Notes under the pieces: model-generated
The model's input: only the letters and a program-made list of their open reading frames with translations
Databases searched by the model: none
Told to the model about the DNA's origin: nothing
NCBI GenBank assembly: GCA_001819985.1
Contig: MHOE01000025.1
Location: 5,738-69,737 of the forward strand
From: Candidatus Spechtbacteria bacterium RIFCSPHIGHO2_02_FULL_43_15b
GTDB taxonomy: Bacteria > Patescibacteriota > Minisyncoccia > Spechtbacterales > HO2-43-30
Direction of reading: 5' to 3'
DNA: 64,000 bases
Translations under genes and position numbers: made by a program
In this document: one piece after another, positions 27,338 to 37,052 of the stretch
Layout of the letters: every line of letters begins with the position of its first letter
Position numbering within the stretch: position 1 is the stretch's first letter

Positions 27338-27346
27338 AACCAATAC

Positions 27347-27375
27347 AGGATAGCACTAAAAATCGCTTGTATCAA
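27347..27375 (-). promoter_or_regulatory. Putative sigma-70 promoter of secA
   Basis: Minus strand TTGATA-17 nt-TATCCT with extended TG, 9 nt before the ATG. Confidence 0.55.
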
Positions 27376-27377
27376 AT

Positions 27378-27400
27378 TAAAAAGGCGCTTAACGCCTTTA
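27378..27400 (-). terminator. Terminator-like hairpin after the amidinotransferase gene
   Basis: AAAGGCG-cttaa-CGCCTTT with a T-tract on the minus strand. Confidence 0.55.
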
Positions 27401-27421
27401 ATTACCTTCGATAAAAATAAG

Positions 27422-28381
27422 CTAATCGAGAAACAGAGTCAAACACCTCGCCCCTCCGCCCGATTTTTCGAATTCCGATGTGTAAACCGGTATAATATCG
27501 TATCCGCGATCCCAAATAAATTTAAGAACCGCCTCGTAATCCTTTTCATGATCCAATAATTCTTTGTAGCGAATGTCCGTGCCATCTTTTGCCAAAAACC
27601 GTCCGTAGGCGCTCGACTCAAAGGATTCCGCGGAGTAATCGGAGAAATCAATATTTAGGAAAACAATATCTCCTAGATATACGCTGTTGCACACAAGGTG
27701 GTTGGCCAACGAATCGCTGACTTCAAATTTATCCTCGTTTAACTTTCGCAATTTATCCACGCTTTCTCCAGCGAAAGCTCCTGGATAGTAAATTATCGCG
27801 TTCTTATACCGCAAACTAAATACGCAGGTATCCGCGTGATAAAACGAGTCCCCAAGCAACCTAAGGGCAATAACTTCTTTCTCGAGCTGAAGCAATCTCT
27901 TCACATGCTCCGCGGCTTCGGGATAGGATCGTATGCCACACCCGAAGAGATAGTTTTTCGCCATGCTTATCCAATCACCCTGCCCTTCAACCTTGATTGA
28001 TTCCGGAATCTCAAATATATTTTCTTCGAGATAGCCAAGTTCCTTCAGGGCTTTTCGATATTCGAGTTTTTCAAGCTCTCTATTCGGGTGAAGAAAATTC
28101 GACAGTACCGCTTCGTTTCGCCCGGTTTTGACATTATACTGGCTAAGCGCGCCGTTTGCGGTAAAGCATAAATCGTGAAGATACTCATTTGGCTCCAGAA
28201 TATGAACCTGAAAGCCCAGACGCTGATAGTTGTTGAATAACGCTGTCCACTGGGCGTTAGCCAGCTTTTTATTCGGCTGGCGATTTACATTCATACGAGC
28301 GTTTTGACGACCCGGAATTTTGAAATATTCGGGATAACACATCAGCAACCTTATTCTTCTTGCCCTTTTATTCTCCAACAT
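27422..28381 (-). CDS. Amidinotransferase/dimethylargininase (guanidino-modifying, pentein) family protein
   Basis: LMCYPEYF, DLCFTAN, EGQGD, FYHADT, EFEKSGGGARCLTL (catalytic Cys); AAGGAGG SD. Confidence 0.85.
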   Translation of the reverse strand: MLENKRARRIRLLMCYPEYFKIPGRQNARMNVNRQPNKKLANAQWTALFNNYQRLGFQVHILEPNEYLHDLCFTANGALSQYNVKTGRNEAVLSNFLHPNRELEKLEYRKALKELGYLEENIFEIPESIKVEGQGDWISMAKNYLFGCGIRSYPEAAEHVKRLLQLEKEVIALRLLGDSFYHADTCVFSLRYKNAIIYYPGAFAGESVDKLRKLNEDKFEVSDSLANHLVCNSVYLGDIVFLNIDFSDYSAESFESSAYGRFLAKDGTDIRYKELLDHEKDYEAVLKFIWDRGYDIIPVYTSEFEKSGGGARCLTLFLD

Positions 28382-28448
28382 TGTGCCGCCTCCTTATTGC
28401 CAGAATATTCGGAGAAATGCCTTGCCTAAACATATATCGAGCGGATGC

Positions 28449-28832
28449 TTAAACCGCCTCGGAATATCTATCCTCTTTTGACTCTCTACCAATTTTTTTC
28501 TTTTTTGCCGTCTGCTTATTTTTATACCTCTTTAATCTTCTTTGCATCTCATCCTTGGCCTCATCAATGCATTGATGAAGATCCCATTGCTTGGATTCGG
28601 TGCGCATACCTTCGGATCCCGGCAGTTTTATCTGGATTTCCGCGCGGTAAACATCTCCCTTGCTTTGCCCCATCAGCTTTTCCACTTCGACCCACGCCTC
28701 GACAGACGGATGTCCCGAATCGGCAAGATCCTTAACATTTATAAACTTTTCCAAAGAACCAACTTTCTCTTCGATGTAAGCAAAAACCGAACCGGAAAGT
28801 TTCAAATTTGTACTTTTTATCGTAATCTTCAT
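28449..28832 (-). CDS. raiA: Ribosome hibernation factor HPF/RaiA (short form)
   Basis: MKITIKSTNLKLS...YIEEKVGSLEKF, YRAEIQI, DLHQCID...RRLKRYK. Confidence 0.9.
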   Translation of the reverse strand: MKITIKSTNLKLSGSVFAYIEEKVGSLEKFINVKDLADSGHPSVEAWVEVEKLMGQSKGDVYRAEIQIKLPGSEGMRTESKQWDLHQCIDEAKDEMQRRLKRYKNKQTAKKKKIGRESKEDRYSEAV

Positions 28833-28901
28833 GGTAATATTTTAATAAACTAAGTATATAAAAAATACGGATTAAGTCAAAGGTCAGAATGAAGAGTCGA
28901 A

Positions 28902-29843
28902 TTAAAACCCCACATATTGCACCTCTTCTTCCGCCACTATTTTGAAATGATGCAAAATCCTCTGCTTTGCCAAACTTATTAGCGTAACTACATCGTTTGC
29001 GCTTGCGTTGTCGTAATTGACAAAAAAATTCGGATGTTTGTCGCTAACCATTGCGCCGCCTATCCTGTAATTCTTTAGGTCGGCTTCGTCCAAAAAACAC
29101 GCCATCGGTATCACGGGAAACGGATCGTTTTTTATAAGATTTTTGAATCTGGGATATTTTTCAAAGTGCCGCGGGTTTATATCTTTAAGCTCCGCCGCTT
29201 TGAAAACGCTTCCGCAAGATCCGAATTCAAGCGGATGACGAGATGCCCTTAAAGCTATAGTGTCGCCGGAAAATTTCAAAAGCTTTTTCCTGTCGCCCCT
29301 TTTTAGCTGAATTGTAGCGGAAATAATCACAAGCCCGGGCATCTGCTTAAAAACACTGGTTCGGTAACCGAATTTGCATTCCTCGTTGTTTCTAACCCTT
29401 ATGTTTCCTTTTCTATCCATAAATCTGATTGATATTACAATATCTTTCATTTCACCGCCGAAAGCTCCGGCATTTCCCCGAACAGCGCCTCCCAATGTAC
29501 CCGGAATACCTGATGCCCACTCGATGCCTTGAAGGCCACTTGCTATGGCAATGTCAACAAAATTCTGCAGATCCATTCCCACACCCGCTTCAATTATTTC
29601 GCCTTCCATTTTGTATCCGCTATTGCGTACCCGTATAACCAAACCATCAAACCCCTTATCGGAAACAAGAATATTACTGCCCCCTCCCAAAATAAAATAA
29701 GGCAGGCCTCGTCGCCTCGCAAAAGCAAAGGCCTCTATTATTTCTTGTTCGTTTTGAGCATCGCAAAAAAATCTAGCCGACCCGCCGATTTTGTAAGTGG
29801 TGTAAACAGACAAAGGCACATTTTTTTGGATATCCAATATCAT
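28902..29843 (-). CDS. murB: UDP-N-acetylenolpyruvoylglucosamine reductase
   Basis: TTYKIGG, LGGGSN, GIPGTLGGAVRGNAGAFG, FGYRTS, GSCGSVFK, SDKHPNF, EEEV. Confidence 0.96.
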   Translation of the reverse strand: MILDIQKNVPLSVYTTYKIGGSARFFCDAQNEQEIIEAFAFARRRGLPYFILGGGSNILVSDKGFDGLVIRVRNSGYKMEGEIIEAGVGMDLQNFVDIAIASGLQGIEWASGIPGTLGGAVRGNAGAFGGEMKDIVISIRFMDRKGNIRVRNNEECKFGYRTSVFKQMPGLVIISATIQLKRGDRKKLLKFSGDTIALRASRHPLEFGSCGSVFKAAELKDINPRHFEKYPRFKNLIKNDPFPVIPMACFLDEADLKNYRIGGAMVSDKHPNFFVNYDNASANDVVTLISLAKQRILHHFKIVAEEEVQYVGF

Positions 29844-29872
29844 TTCGTTACATATTAGCACGATTTGTCAAC

Positions 29873-29928
29873 AAAAAAAAGCAGGGACGAACTTTGCGCT
29901 TATTAACGCGGCGTTCGTAACCCCTGCT
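29873..29928 (-). terminator. Terminator-like long hairpin after the zinc-finger gene pair
   Basis: Stems AGCAGGG/CCCTGCT and ACGAAC/GTTCGT, followed by a long T-tract on the minus strand. Confidence 0.65.
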
Positions 29929-29943
29929 ATAATTGATACTAGC

Positions 29944-30429
29944 TCAAGAGCTCTTTTCGGAATTCAAAGCTGAATCGACCACATCAGCTATCAGCTTTAG
30001 GCTGTAGCTGGCAGAATTTTTGTCGCTATCGCTTATGCCGGACCTTGCCTGTAAACACATTAACTTCACGGATTCTGGAACGCGCTCGTCATTTTCAAGA
30101 GGCAATTTCGTATCGAGCGCTCTCCTTATGTATGTGATCACCACCGCCAATTTTATTCTTGCGGCGTTTTTCGCCCATTTATTCGCTTCCCCTTCCTGCA
30201 ATAAATCTGCGACTAAATCCGACACCTCTGGCGAAATCACTCTCTCGCCATTTACATAATCCTGTCTTGCGCTATGTCTTACGCTAATCAGGACACTTTC
30301 AATATAGATCGCTAAATCCAAACAACCCTTGCAAACTCTTAAATGCTCGACTAGATTATTTCTATCATCCGAATTTTTTCCAAAAACTTTGCGTGTTAGC
30401 AAATTGCTATACAAAATACTACAACTCAT
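29944..30429 (-). CDS. Hypothetical protein with an N-terminal HxxxCxxC (zf-HC2/ZAS-like) motif
   Basis: Start reassigned to ATG 30429 (GGAGG SD, TAATG overlap with the upstream stop); MSC...EHLRVCKGC. Confidence 0.6.
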   Translation of the reverse strand: MSCSILYSNLLTRKVFGKNSDDRNNLVEHLRVCKGCLDLAIYIESVLISVRHSARQDYVNGERVISPEVSDLVADLLQEGEANKWAKNAARIKLAVVITYIRRALDTKLPLENDERVPESVKLMCLQARSGISDSDKNSASYSLKLIADVVDSALNSEKSS

Positions 30430-30719
30430 TACGCCTCCATTTGCGAATTTCTCATAACTTGCGCGTCCGTTTCCTCCGGTATGCCCAAATGGGCTTTCAA
30501 GGTACTTAATAGAACATGCAACCTCCGACCCTGCGGAGAATCCGGACTTACATAGAGCATATCGCATGCCATATTGGAACACTTCGGAAGCTTAACATTT
30601 CCGAGCTGAAGAACTTCGGACCGATCTCCAAACCTTACCGCCAAACTTTCCGCGGCCAGTATCTTTTCACTGCCGCACTTCGTGCAAAATCCCAGTTTAA
30701 ACTTATCTTCCAATTCCAT
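30429..30719 (-). CDS. Small zinc-ribbon protein (YgiT/MqsA N-terminal-like)
   Basis: CTKCG...NVKLPKCSNMAC; GGAGGGAG SD. Confidence 0.65.
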   Translation of the reverse strand: MELEDKFKLGFCTKCGSEKILAAESLAVRFGDRSEVLQLGNVKLPKCSNMACDMLYVSPDSPQGRRLHVLLSTLKAHLGIPEETDAQVMRNSQMEA

Positions 30720-30896
30720 TACTCCCTCCGCTACGCTTTGAAGTTCAATTTAATGTAACACCCTAGCCACTTCGTGTCGAGTGGTGACTGTTGCTCACTT
30801 CTCTATTGCTATCCAAAATCCTCACTCCAATCATAGTAATATAGTATAAAAATCAAAGCGAGGCCAAATTAAACAAACAAACCAAGCACCCTCCCC

Positions 30897-32690
30897 CTAC
30901 CGAACCGCCGGCCCTTCCACATACCAATTGAGTTCCGATGTGTTTATCACACGCACCATATCCCATTTCCTGCCCCTTATCAAAAATTCTTCCGCGCTCA
31001 TATCAAGCCAATGGCGAGTGCCATCGCCGTTTATTTCGTAAACTTTCGTATCACTATCCGCACGAACAAGCCACGAATCTTCATAAAGATCCAGCGTTTC
31101 TGGTGATACTTCACTGACTGCCGCGAAACTAAAATGGCCATAGAAATTAAAAATTTCCGCGGATTGTATCCATCTTTTGTACCTACCATTTATAACATAA
31201 ACTTTGTAATCATTGCTTGCTCGGATAAGAGTGCCGTCAGCCAGATTTGGTAATAACGCTTTTTCATTCCCCCCTAAAATAGAAAACGGTAATGTTGTAG
31301 AACCCGATGATAACTCGAAATCAGTAATCGTCGCCGCGTTAAAATTATAACGCGTGCTGTTTCCCCTACCCAACCCACCCCTATACTGCGCCTGATTTGA
31401 AGGAATGATAACGATCCTAGAAGTGTCAAATCCAAAATTTTTAATGTAGAAACTGCCCGAACCGCTGTTTATTTCAATTTCGCCCGTTTCCTTCACCTTC
31501 AAACCGTCGCTTCCGTAGGTCACATAAGGTACGCGGAATTTGCTGTTTTGAGGCGCGAAAAAATCGAAACGAAAAATATGATCCGCGGGCCTTTCGTTTT
31601 TAAGGCCCGTTTCAAATTCAAACCAAAAACTTCTCCAGTCCTCCGTGGATCTTTCAGAACTTACAGTATCACTTTCCACTCCAGAACCGCTAAAAGTCAC
31701 ATGAATATCGCTATATTTTAGATTTGGATTGTTATAACAGTATGTGTTTATGGGCTCTACTTCACAACTATTTACGAGGTTGGCGATTGTCCAGTTCGTG
31801 TAAACATCCGCAAATTCTTCACTAAAACCAAATACGCGAAGCGCCGCGTTAAAGCTTTCTATTCCAACGAGATTATTTTCGGTCATAGAAGCTATAACCG
31901 ACCTCCCGTAATGATCGAGTACATACTGGCCGAAAAGATTTATCGAAGCATAATCCTTCTCCTCTGCCTCCCAATTTAATATCGCATCCGAAAAATTTTT
32001 CATAAACGATTTCGTCCTCGCTTCCAGGTTGCTGTTGGTATAGACGAACGCACCGTCGTATCCAACGAGAGTAGGAGCGATCTCTGAACGAAGTTCATTA
32101 AGCCATACCTCTTCCTGAACATTATGCTTTATAGTTTTTTGATTAAAAGTTATAAGATGCTGAAATTCATGCGCTAAAAAAGACCTCATTCTCTCACTAT
32201 AAGAATACGCCGCGTTTAAGTACACCATCTCGCGCTCATTCGAATCCGCGTATAATGACTTCAGAAAACCGTCTTGTTCCCTGAAATACCCGCCCGCGCC
32301 GTCGATCATCTTTGTCATAAGAACAGTAATCTTTGAATTGCCGTCCACGCCGGGTTTATTCTCCGAACCGAATACCGAGACTAACCCGGGATAAATAACA
32401 GTGTCAAACTGATTTGAAAGCTCTTCCACATCAGCTGACAAAATGTCCCTTTCTCTGAAACCAAGAGAATTCCAATAGTCGTCGGCTACATAAAATTTTC
32501 CGTTTATCCCTTCGTGGCGCAAAGTAGCGTTTACTTCGCCTCTTCCATCCCAATCAAAAGAACCGTCAACTCGAAACTTTAGGGTTTCGGCGTAAGCAAA
32601 AGATGCATACCAAAATGATATGCCCGCTAAAACAACTGCCCCGAAAATTGTTAACCTGCCGGAGATCAAAGTATTGAACAATATTAACAC
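30897..32690 (-). CDS. Secreted zincin metallopeptidase (M30/M6-like) with C-terminal repeat domain
   Basis: Signal/TM; GGYF, SNEREMVYLN, LAHEFQHLI, WLNELRSE; C-terminal tandem GTLIRASNDYKVY / WLVRADSDTKVY repeats. Confidence 0.8.
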   Translation of the reverse strand: MLILFNTLISGRLTIFGAVVLAGISFWYASFAYAETLKFRVDGSFDWDGRGEVNATLRHEGINGKFYVADDYWNSLGFRERDILSADVEELSNQFDTVIYPGLVSVFGSENKPGVDGNSKITVLMTKMIDGAGGYFREQDGFLKSLYADSNEREMVYLNAAYSYSERMRSFLAHEFQHLITFNQKTIKHNVQEEVWLNELRSEIAPTLVGYDGAFVYTNSNLEARTKSFMKNFSDAILNWEAEEKDYASINLFGQYVLDHYGRSVIASMTENNLVGIESFNAALRVFGFSEEFADVYTNWTIANLVNSCEVEPINTYCYNNPNLKYSDIHVTFSGSGVESDTVSSERSTEDWRSFWFEFETGLKNERPADHIFRFDFFAPQNSKFRVPYVTYGSDGLKVKETGEIEINSGSGSFYIKNFGFDTSRIVIIPSNQAQYRGGLGRGNSTRYNFNAATITDFELSSGSTTLPFSILGGNEKALLPNLADGTLIRASNDYKVYVINGRYKRWIQSAEIFNFYGHFSFAAVSEVSPETLDLYEDSWLVRADSDTKVYEINGDGTRHWLDMSAEEFLIRGRKWDMVRVINTSELNWYVEGPAVR

Positions 32691-32694
32691 GCGT

Positions 32695-34989
32695 TTATTT
32701 AGTTATTACCCGATCCTCTAACTGCCTAGCAACATCTTCTAATTCCCTCGCCTCTGTCTCGTTGCCGTTTTTTCTGTATAAATCGCCAAGTTTTTTAAAA
32801 TATCTCGGTTCTTCAAGATTATTTTCAACTATCCTGGAATACCAAAATATAGCCCTTTCATATTCCTTTAATTTTTCAAAAACATAGGAAATATCCTCAA
32901 ATTCATCAATGCCCTCCGGCAAATACCCCAAAGATAAACCTTTCTCAAGCTCAGTACGGGCATATTCATACTCGCCGGATCCGGAATGCACATCGAAGAG
33001 CTGTAGGTGCGGGTTTACATAAAGCGGCTCTAACGAAGTTGCCTTATCCAAAAACTCCACGGCTTTCTTATAATCGCCCGTGGAAAGATAAATTTGCGCG
33101 AGAGATGAATAGGTTTGCTGATTATTGGGGCTCATTTCCATGGCATCTTCGAATGTTTTCTTTGCTTTATCCAAATATGTGGCATCGTACCTTCTCGCGT
33201 TGAAGTAAAGAGTCGCAAGTATCATCCTATCCCTATAATCAAGCGGGTTTTCTTTTATAGCGGTTCTTTCCATTATTTCCACGACATCGAACACGAATTC
33301 CGGAGTTGGAGTATCACCAGCCCTCAAACCCTTCAAGGTATTGTTTGAGAAAAATTCAGGTATTTGCCTGTTGCCCAAAGACGATACTGACAAACTTTTC
33401 TTGTATAACTCCAAACGATCTTCCGGAGGAAGCGCTGACGCATTCGCAATCAAACCCCAGCGCGCCACCTCTAATGATTGAACTCCAAAAGAAAATAACG
33501 AGTAAACCAGCAATATGCCGCATAATGTCAGCGATAGCGGGTTTACTATCAGAGAACCGCGCGCCTCCAATTTATCTTCGCCTTCCGAAACTTCACCGCT
33601 CCTCATTCCAGATACGAAAGCTAAAATAAACACAAACATCAGATATGTGTTTATCATATCGAACACTAGAAAGTTCTGCACGAAATAACTCGCTAAAGCC
33701 GTTACTATTATTGATGGAAACAGCCAGTCGGCCTTGCGCGTTATATCCGAACCGTCGTCTCTTTTCCCTTTTCTTAATATCCAGCGTTTAATAAGAAAAT
33801 AACCGACCGCGATGTAAATAAACATATAGCTTATAAGCCCGACAAAACCCGAATTTACAAGCTGATCCAAAACTATGTTGTGAGTTCTGTCATACCATAT
33901 TTCTCCTCCGCATTCAGATAATGGCAAGCACGGATTAAAGTATTGCGTGAACACGACATTAAAATTTTCAGGGCCCCACCCGAGAACAGGCCTTTCTTTA
34001 ATTCCCTGCAAAGCTATATCCCAAACTACTTTTCTCGCCCCTATCGTACCCTCCCTTGAAAAAAAATAAGGAAGTTTGCTTATTACGGCCTGGTTTTGCG
34101 TAAATGTTCCCCAAGCTATCACGCCGCCTACTGAAATCCCCAACACTATAAGCACCACCGCGATTGCCCTTGAAAAAGGTATTTTCTTTTCGAAAAATAG
34201 CCAAAATATCAATATCAAGAAAAATCCTCCGATCATTGAAACCAAAGCTCCGTAAGCAGTCGAGATAAAAATCGTAAACACAACCAAACAAACGCAAACG
34301 GCATAAAAACTTTTTAGCCATTGCCTGTTTTCTTTAATAATGAGCCAGATACTCAAGAAAACGCTAAACAAAAGATACGCCGACATAAAACTTGAGTTTC
34401 CTATTGTCGAACCTTTACGGCTGTCGAATGAGATCAGGGATAAATTTTCGTTTACTTTTGGCAGTAAAAGCGCCAAACTAACTACCGTCGAAGCAAAAAG
34501 CACTCCCCCGACAAGCCGCTTCCACTCTTTCTCGGTTCTAAATGTCGAGCTTACGGCGATGAAATAAAGAACCAAGTGAACCCAGTTCACTATTCCCGCC
34601 ATTCTCTCAAGCGTACTCCAAAAACTGCGCTCTATATTGATTCCGGTAAATGAAGTTAATATGGCAACTCCCAAAAAAACAAAAACTGAAATGCTAACTA
34701 AATTCCAGCGAGGCCTGAACTGACGATTGGATATGGCGAGCACGACCCATGCCGCGAAAATAATTTCCGCGATCATCCAAAAAAATACCGTTTTAGGCAC
34801 GACAAAAGGAAAGAAAAATTCCGAAGAAACAACAACCGGCGTAAATAAAGAAGCATAAGCCCCCCATTCGATAATTTTTTTCAAAAACGAAGCAAGACCC
34901 GAATCTTTGCTTGACGAATCCTCCGACGATTGAACTTTCGCGATATTTTCCTGTTTGCGTTTTTTCTTCCTTGAAGATTTGTGGCTCAC
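32695..34989 (-). CDS. O-antigen ligase / O-oligosaccharyltransferase-like (Wzy_C) protein with C-terminal TPRs
   Basis: About 12 TM segments; STIGN, R..VW...GWGPENF, DRTHN; TPR-like C-terminus. Confidence 0.87.
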   Translation of the reverse strand: MSHKSSRKKKRKQENIAKVQSSEDSSSKDSGLASFLKKIIEWGAYASLFTPVVVSSEFFFPFVVPKTVFFWMIAEIIFAAWVVLAISNRQFRPRWNLVSISVFVFLGVAILTSFTGINIERSFWSTLERMAGIVNWVHLVLYFIAVSSTFRTEKEWKRLVGGVLFASTVVSLALLLPKVNENLSLISFDSRKGSTIGNSSFMSAYLLFSVFLSIWLIIKENRQWLKSFYAVCVCLVVFTIFISTAYGALVSMIGGFFLILIFWLFFEKKIPFSRAIAVVLIVLGISVGGVIAWGTFTQNQAVISKLPYFFSREGTIGARKVVWDIALQGIKERPVLGWGPENFNVVFTQYFNPCLPLSECGGEIWYDRTHNIVLDQLVNSGFVGLISYMFIYIAVGYFLIKRWILRKGKRDDGSDITRKADWLFPSIIVTALASYFVQNFLVFDMINTYLMFVFILAFVSGMRSGEVSEGEDKLEARGSLIVNPLSLTLCGILLVYSLFSFGVQSLEVARWGLIANASALPPEDRLELYKKSLSVSSLGNRQIPEFFSNNTLKGLRAGDTPTPEFVFDVVEIMERTAIKENPLDYRDRMILATLYFNARRYDATYLDKAKKTFEDAMEMSPNNQQTYSSLAQIYLSTGDYKKAVEFLDKATSLEPLYVNPHLQLFDVHSGSGEYEYARTELEKGLSLGYLPEGIDEFEDISYVFEKLKEYERAIFWYSRIVENNLEEPRYFKKLGDLYRKNGNETEARELEDVARQLEDRVITK

Positions 34990-35044
34990 AAAGTTAACTT
35001 AATAGCGAAAATTTTAAGATAAACTGAAAATTCAAATGCGAATT

Positions 35045-35875
35045 TTATTTTATCCTTTGAGTTTTCTCTTTAGAATTTAACAATTCCTCATTTATCCCAT
35101 CCACGACTTTATGGAGTTTCAAATCCACTCCCTGCTCGCCCGCGAACTGTATGAATGTCTTTATATCTTTTGGCAGACAAGCTCCTGAATATCCCCGGAA
35201 ACCTCCATGCCAAACATCAAAATGGCTGTCGCATATTCTTTTATCCTGGGTAAACCCCTTGCGCACAATATCGTAATCCGCTCCTATTTTTTGACATACA
35301 TCGTATATTTGATTGGCAAATATCACTTTCATTGAATAATAATTGTTTATAGAATACTTTATAAACTCCGCTTCAAGCGCGGGTATTACCATTGGCTTGT
35401 TCTTTTTAACAAAGGGTTTCGGCAATAATTTGATAACCTCTTTAGCAATCTTTTTCCCTTTGTCGTCGGCATAACCAATAATCTGCTTGTCCGGATTCTG
35501 AAAATCTTTTTTCGCCACAGCCGCGGTCAAAAATTCCGGATTAAACAATATCGTTACGGACGGGTATTTCTTTTGGAGATGCTCGACAGTTCCCGGCGAT
35601 ATGGTTGATTTTATAACCACAACGCGTCCTGCCGGAATCTTGGCAAGATTCTCTTCGATCGCGGAAATATCAGCGCCGCGAAAAACACCGCCAGTATTCT
35701 TGCTAGAGAAGGGGGTGGGAAGACACACAAAAATAATCGGCTGATTAACCACTTCTTCAAACGAATTACCCGCGTCTTTGTATTTATCCCAAATCTTTGC
35801 TTTTTTGAAATAATTCTTGATTGCACCGCCGACAAAACCGGCGCCTATTATTCCTATGTCGGTTTGTTTATACAT
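35045..35875 (-). CDS. Short UDP-glucose/GDP-mannose 6-dehydrogenase family protein (no C-terminal domain)
   Basis: GIIGAGFVG, FVCLPTP, IKSTI, NPEFL, AEFIKY..N, GYSGACLPKD. Confidence 0.87.
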   Translation of the reverse strand: MYKQTDIGIIGAGFVGGAIKNYFKKAKIWDKYKDAGNSFEEVVNQPIIFVCLPTPFSSKNTGGVFRGADISAIEENLAKIPAGRVVVIKSTISPGTVEHLQKKYPSVTILFNPEFLTAAVAKKDFQNPDKQIIGYADDKGKKIAKEVIKLLPKPFVKKNKPMVIPALEAEFIKYSINNYYSMKVIFANQIYDVCQKIGADYDIVRKGFTQDKRICDSHFDVWHGGFRGYSGACLPKDIKTFIQFAGEQGVDLKLHKVVDGINEELLNSKEKTQRIK

Positions 35876-35880
35876 AGATA

Positions 35881-36007
35881 AAATTTGAAATCGAAACAAT
35901 AAATCCGAAATAAATTCAGATTTTCAAAATCCTAATCGCTTCAACTGCTATTTTCGTCATGCGACAATTTGGTTTTGATGTTATTTCGAATTTCGATGTT
36001 AGGATTT
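35881..36007. repeat. Imperfect long inverted repeat built from AAATCCG/TTCGAAT-type units
   Basis: AAATTTGAAATCGAAACAATAAATCCGAAAT...CAAAATCCTAAT versus TTATTTCGAATTTCGATGTTAGGATTT. Confidence 0.5.
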
Positions 36008-36008
36008 A

Positions 36009-36899
36009 CTAATTAAACGAAATTTTTCCTATCCCTTCTTTCAGCGTCACCTTAGGTTCCCAACCCAATATCCTTTTTGCTTTTTTAATATCGGCGAAAC
36101 TATTCCTTATCTCTCCGGCTCTTTCTTTTATATGCACAATATCTCCCCCTATCAATTCCGCGAGTTCCATTATACTGCGGCTGTCGCCCGCTCCTATGTT
36201 TGCGACTTCCCCTCCTCCTTTAATTTTTTCCGAAGAAGCAAGTATATTGGCCTCAACAACATCGGATACATAGGTAAAATCTCTCTTCTGGAGACCGTCA
36301 CCTACGATAGTCAATGCCTCGCCATTATTCTTCTGCCTTAAAAAAGTTGCGACCACAGCCGCATAATCGCCTCCTTTCATCCTCGAGCCATATACATTGA
36401 AATATCGAAGTATTATTGTATCAAGCCCAAATAAATTAGTAAATTGTCGGCACAGTTGTTCGCCTACTAATTTAGAGATTGCGTAGGGGCTAAGAGGATC
36501 GGGGCATAAATCTTCTTTTGCGGGCAGGGTTTTTTGATTCCCATACACGGAAGACGAAGCGCTGTATATTACCCGCCGCACTCCGTTATCTCGCGAAGCC
36601 AGCAAAACATTCAAAGTCCCCATTATATTGGATTTGAATGTTGAAGCTGGATCGCTTATGGATCTTGGCACGCTTGGTATCGCCGCCATATGAAACACGA
36701 CCTCCTTATTCTTAAAAGCCGATTTTATGGAATCCAAATCCGAAATATCCAATTCCAAAAACTCTGCCTGCCCGTTTATATTTTCTCTTTTGCCGGTCGA
36801 AAGATTGTCTAGAATAGAAACCGTATGCCCTTCCGAAATTAGACGATCAACGAGGTTCGAACCTATAAATCCGGCCCCGCCGGTAACTAGAATTTTCAT
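36009..36899 (-). CDS. NAD-dependent epimerase/dehydratase (UDP-Glc/GlcNAc 4-epimerase-like)
   Basis: VTGGAGFIGS, ASSSSVYG, PYAISK (YxxxK), LRYFNVYG, RDFTYV. Confidence 0.92.
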   Translation of the reverse strand: MKILVTGGAGFIGSNLVDRLISEGHTVSILDNLSTGKRENINGQAEFLELDISDLDSIKSAFKNKEVVFHMAAIPSVPRSISDPASTFKSNIMGTLNVLLASRDNGVRRVIYSASSSVYGNQKTLPAKEDLCPDPLSPYAISKLVGEQLCRQFTNLFGLDTIILRYFNVYGSRMKGGDYAAVVATFLRQKNNGEALTIVGDGLQKRDFTYVSDVVEANILASSEKIKGGGEVANIGAGDSRSIMELAELIGGDIVHIKERAGEIRNSFADIKKAKRILGWEPKVTLKEGIGKISFN

Positions 36900-37052
36900 T
36901 ATATGTTATTTGTTTGGTGCCGAAAGCTAGGCACAAAACAAAAATCAGCAATACTGCATATATTAAAACTCAAAACCTTAAACCTAATACTTAGAATAAT
37001 AGATATTTACAAAACATACAATCCCCCGCTAGAATAAAGCAAAAGTAACAAA

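Noticed and set aside
30430-30582. Long N-terminal extension of ORF 29944-30582
   Set aside because: It overlaps the zinc-ribbon gene; ATG 30429 has an SD and TAATG coupling
36909-36942. TGGTGCCGAAAG, the reverse complement of a tRNA-like ...CGGCACCA 3' end
   Set aside because: No T-arm (GTTC) or cloverleaf follows; it is explained by a local hairpin GTGCC/GGCAC
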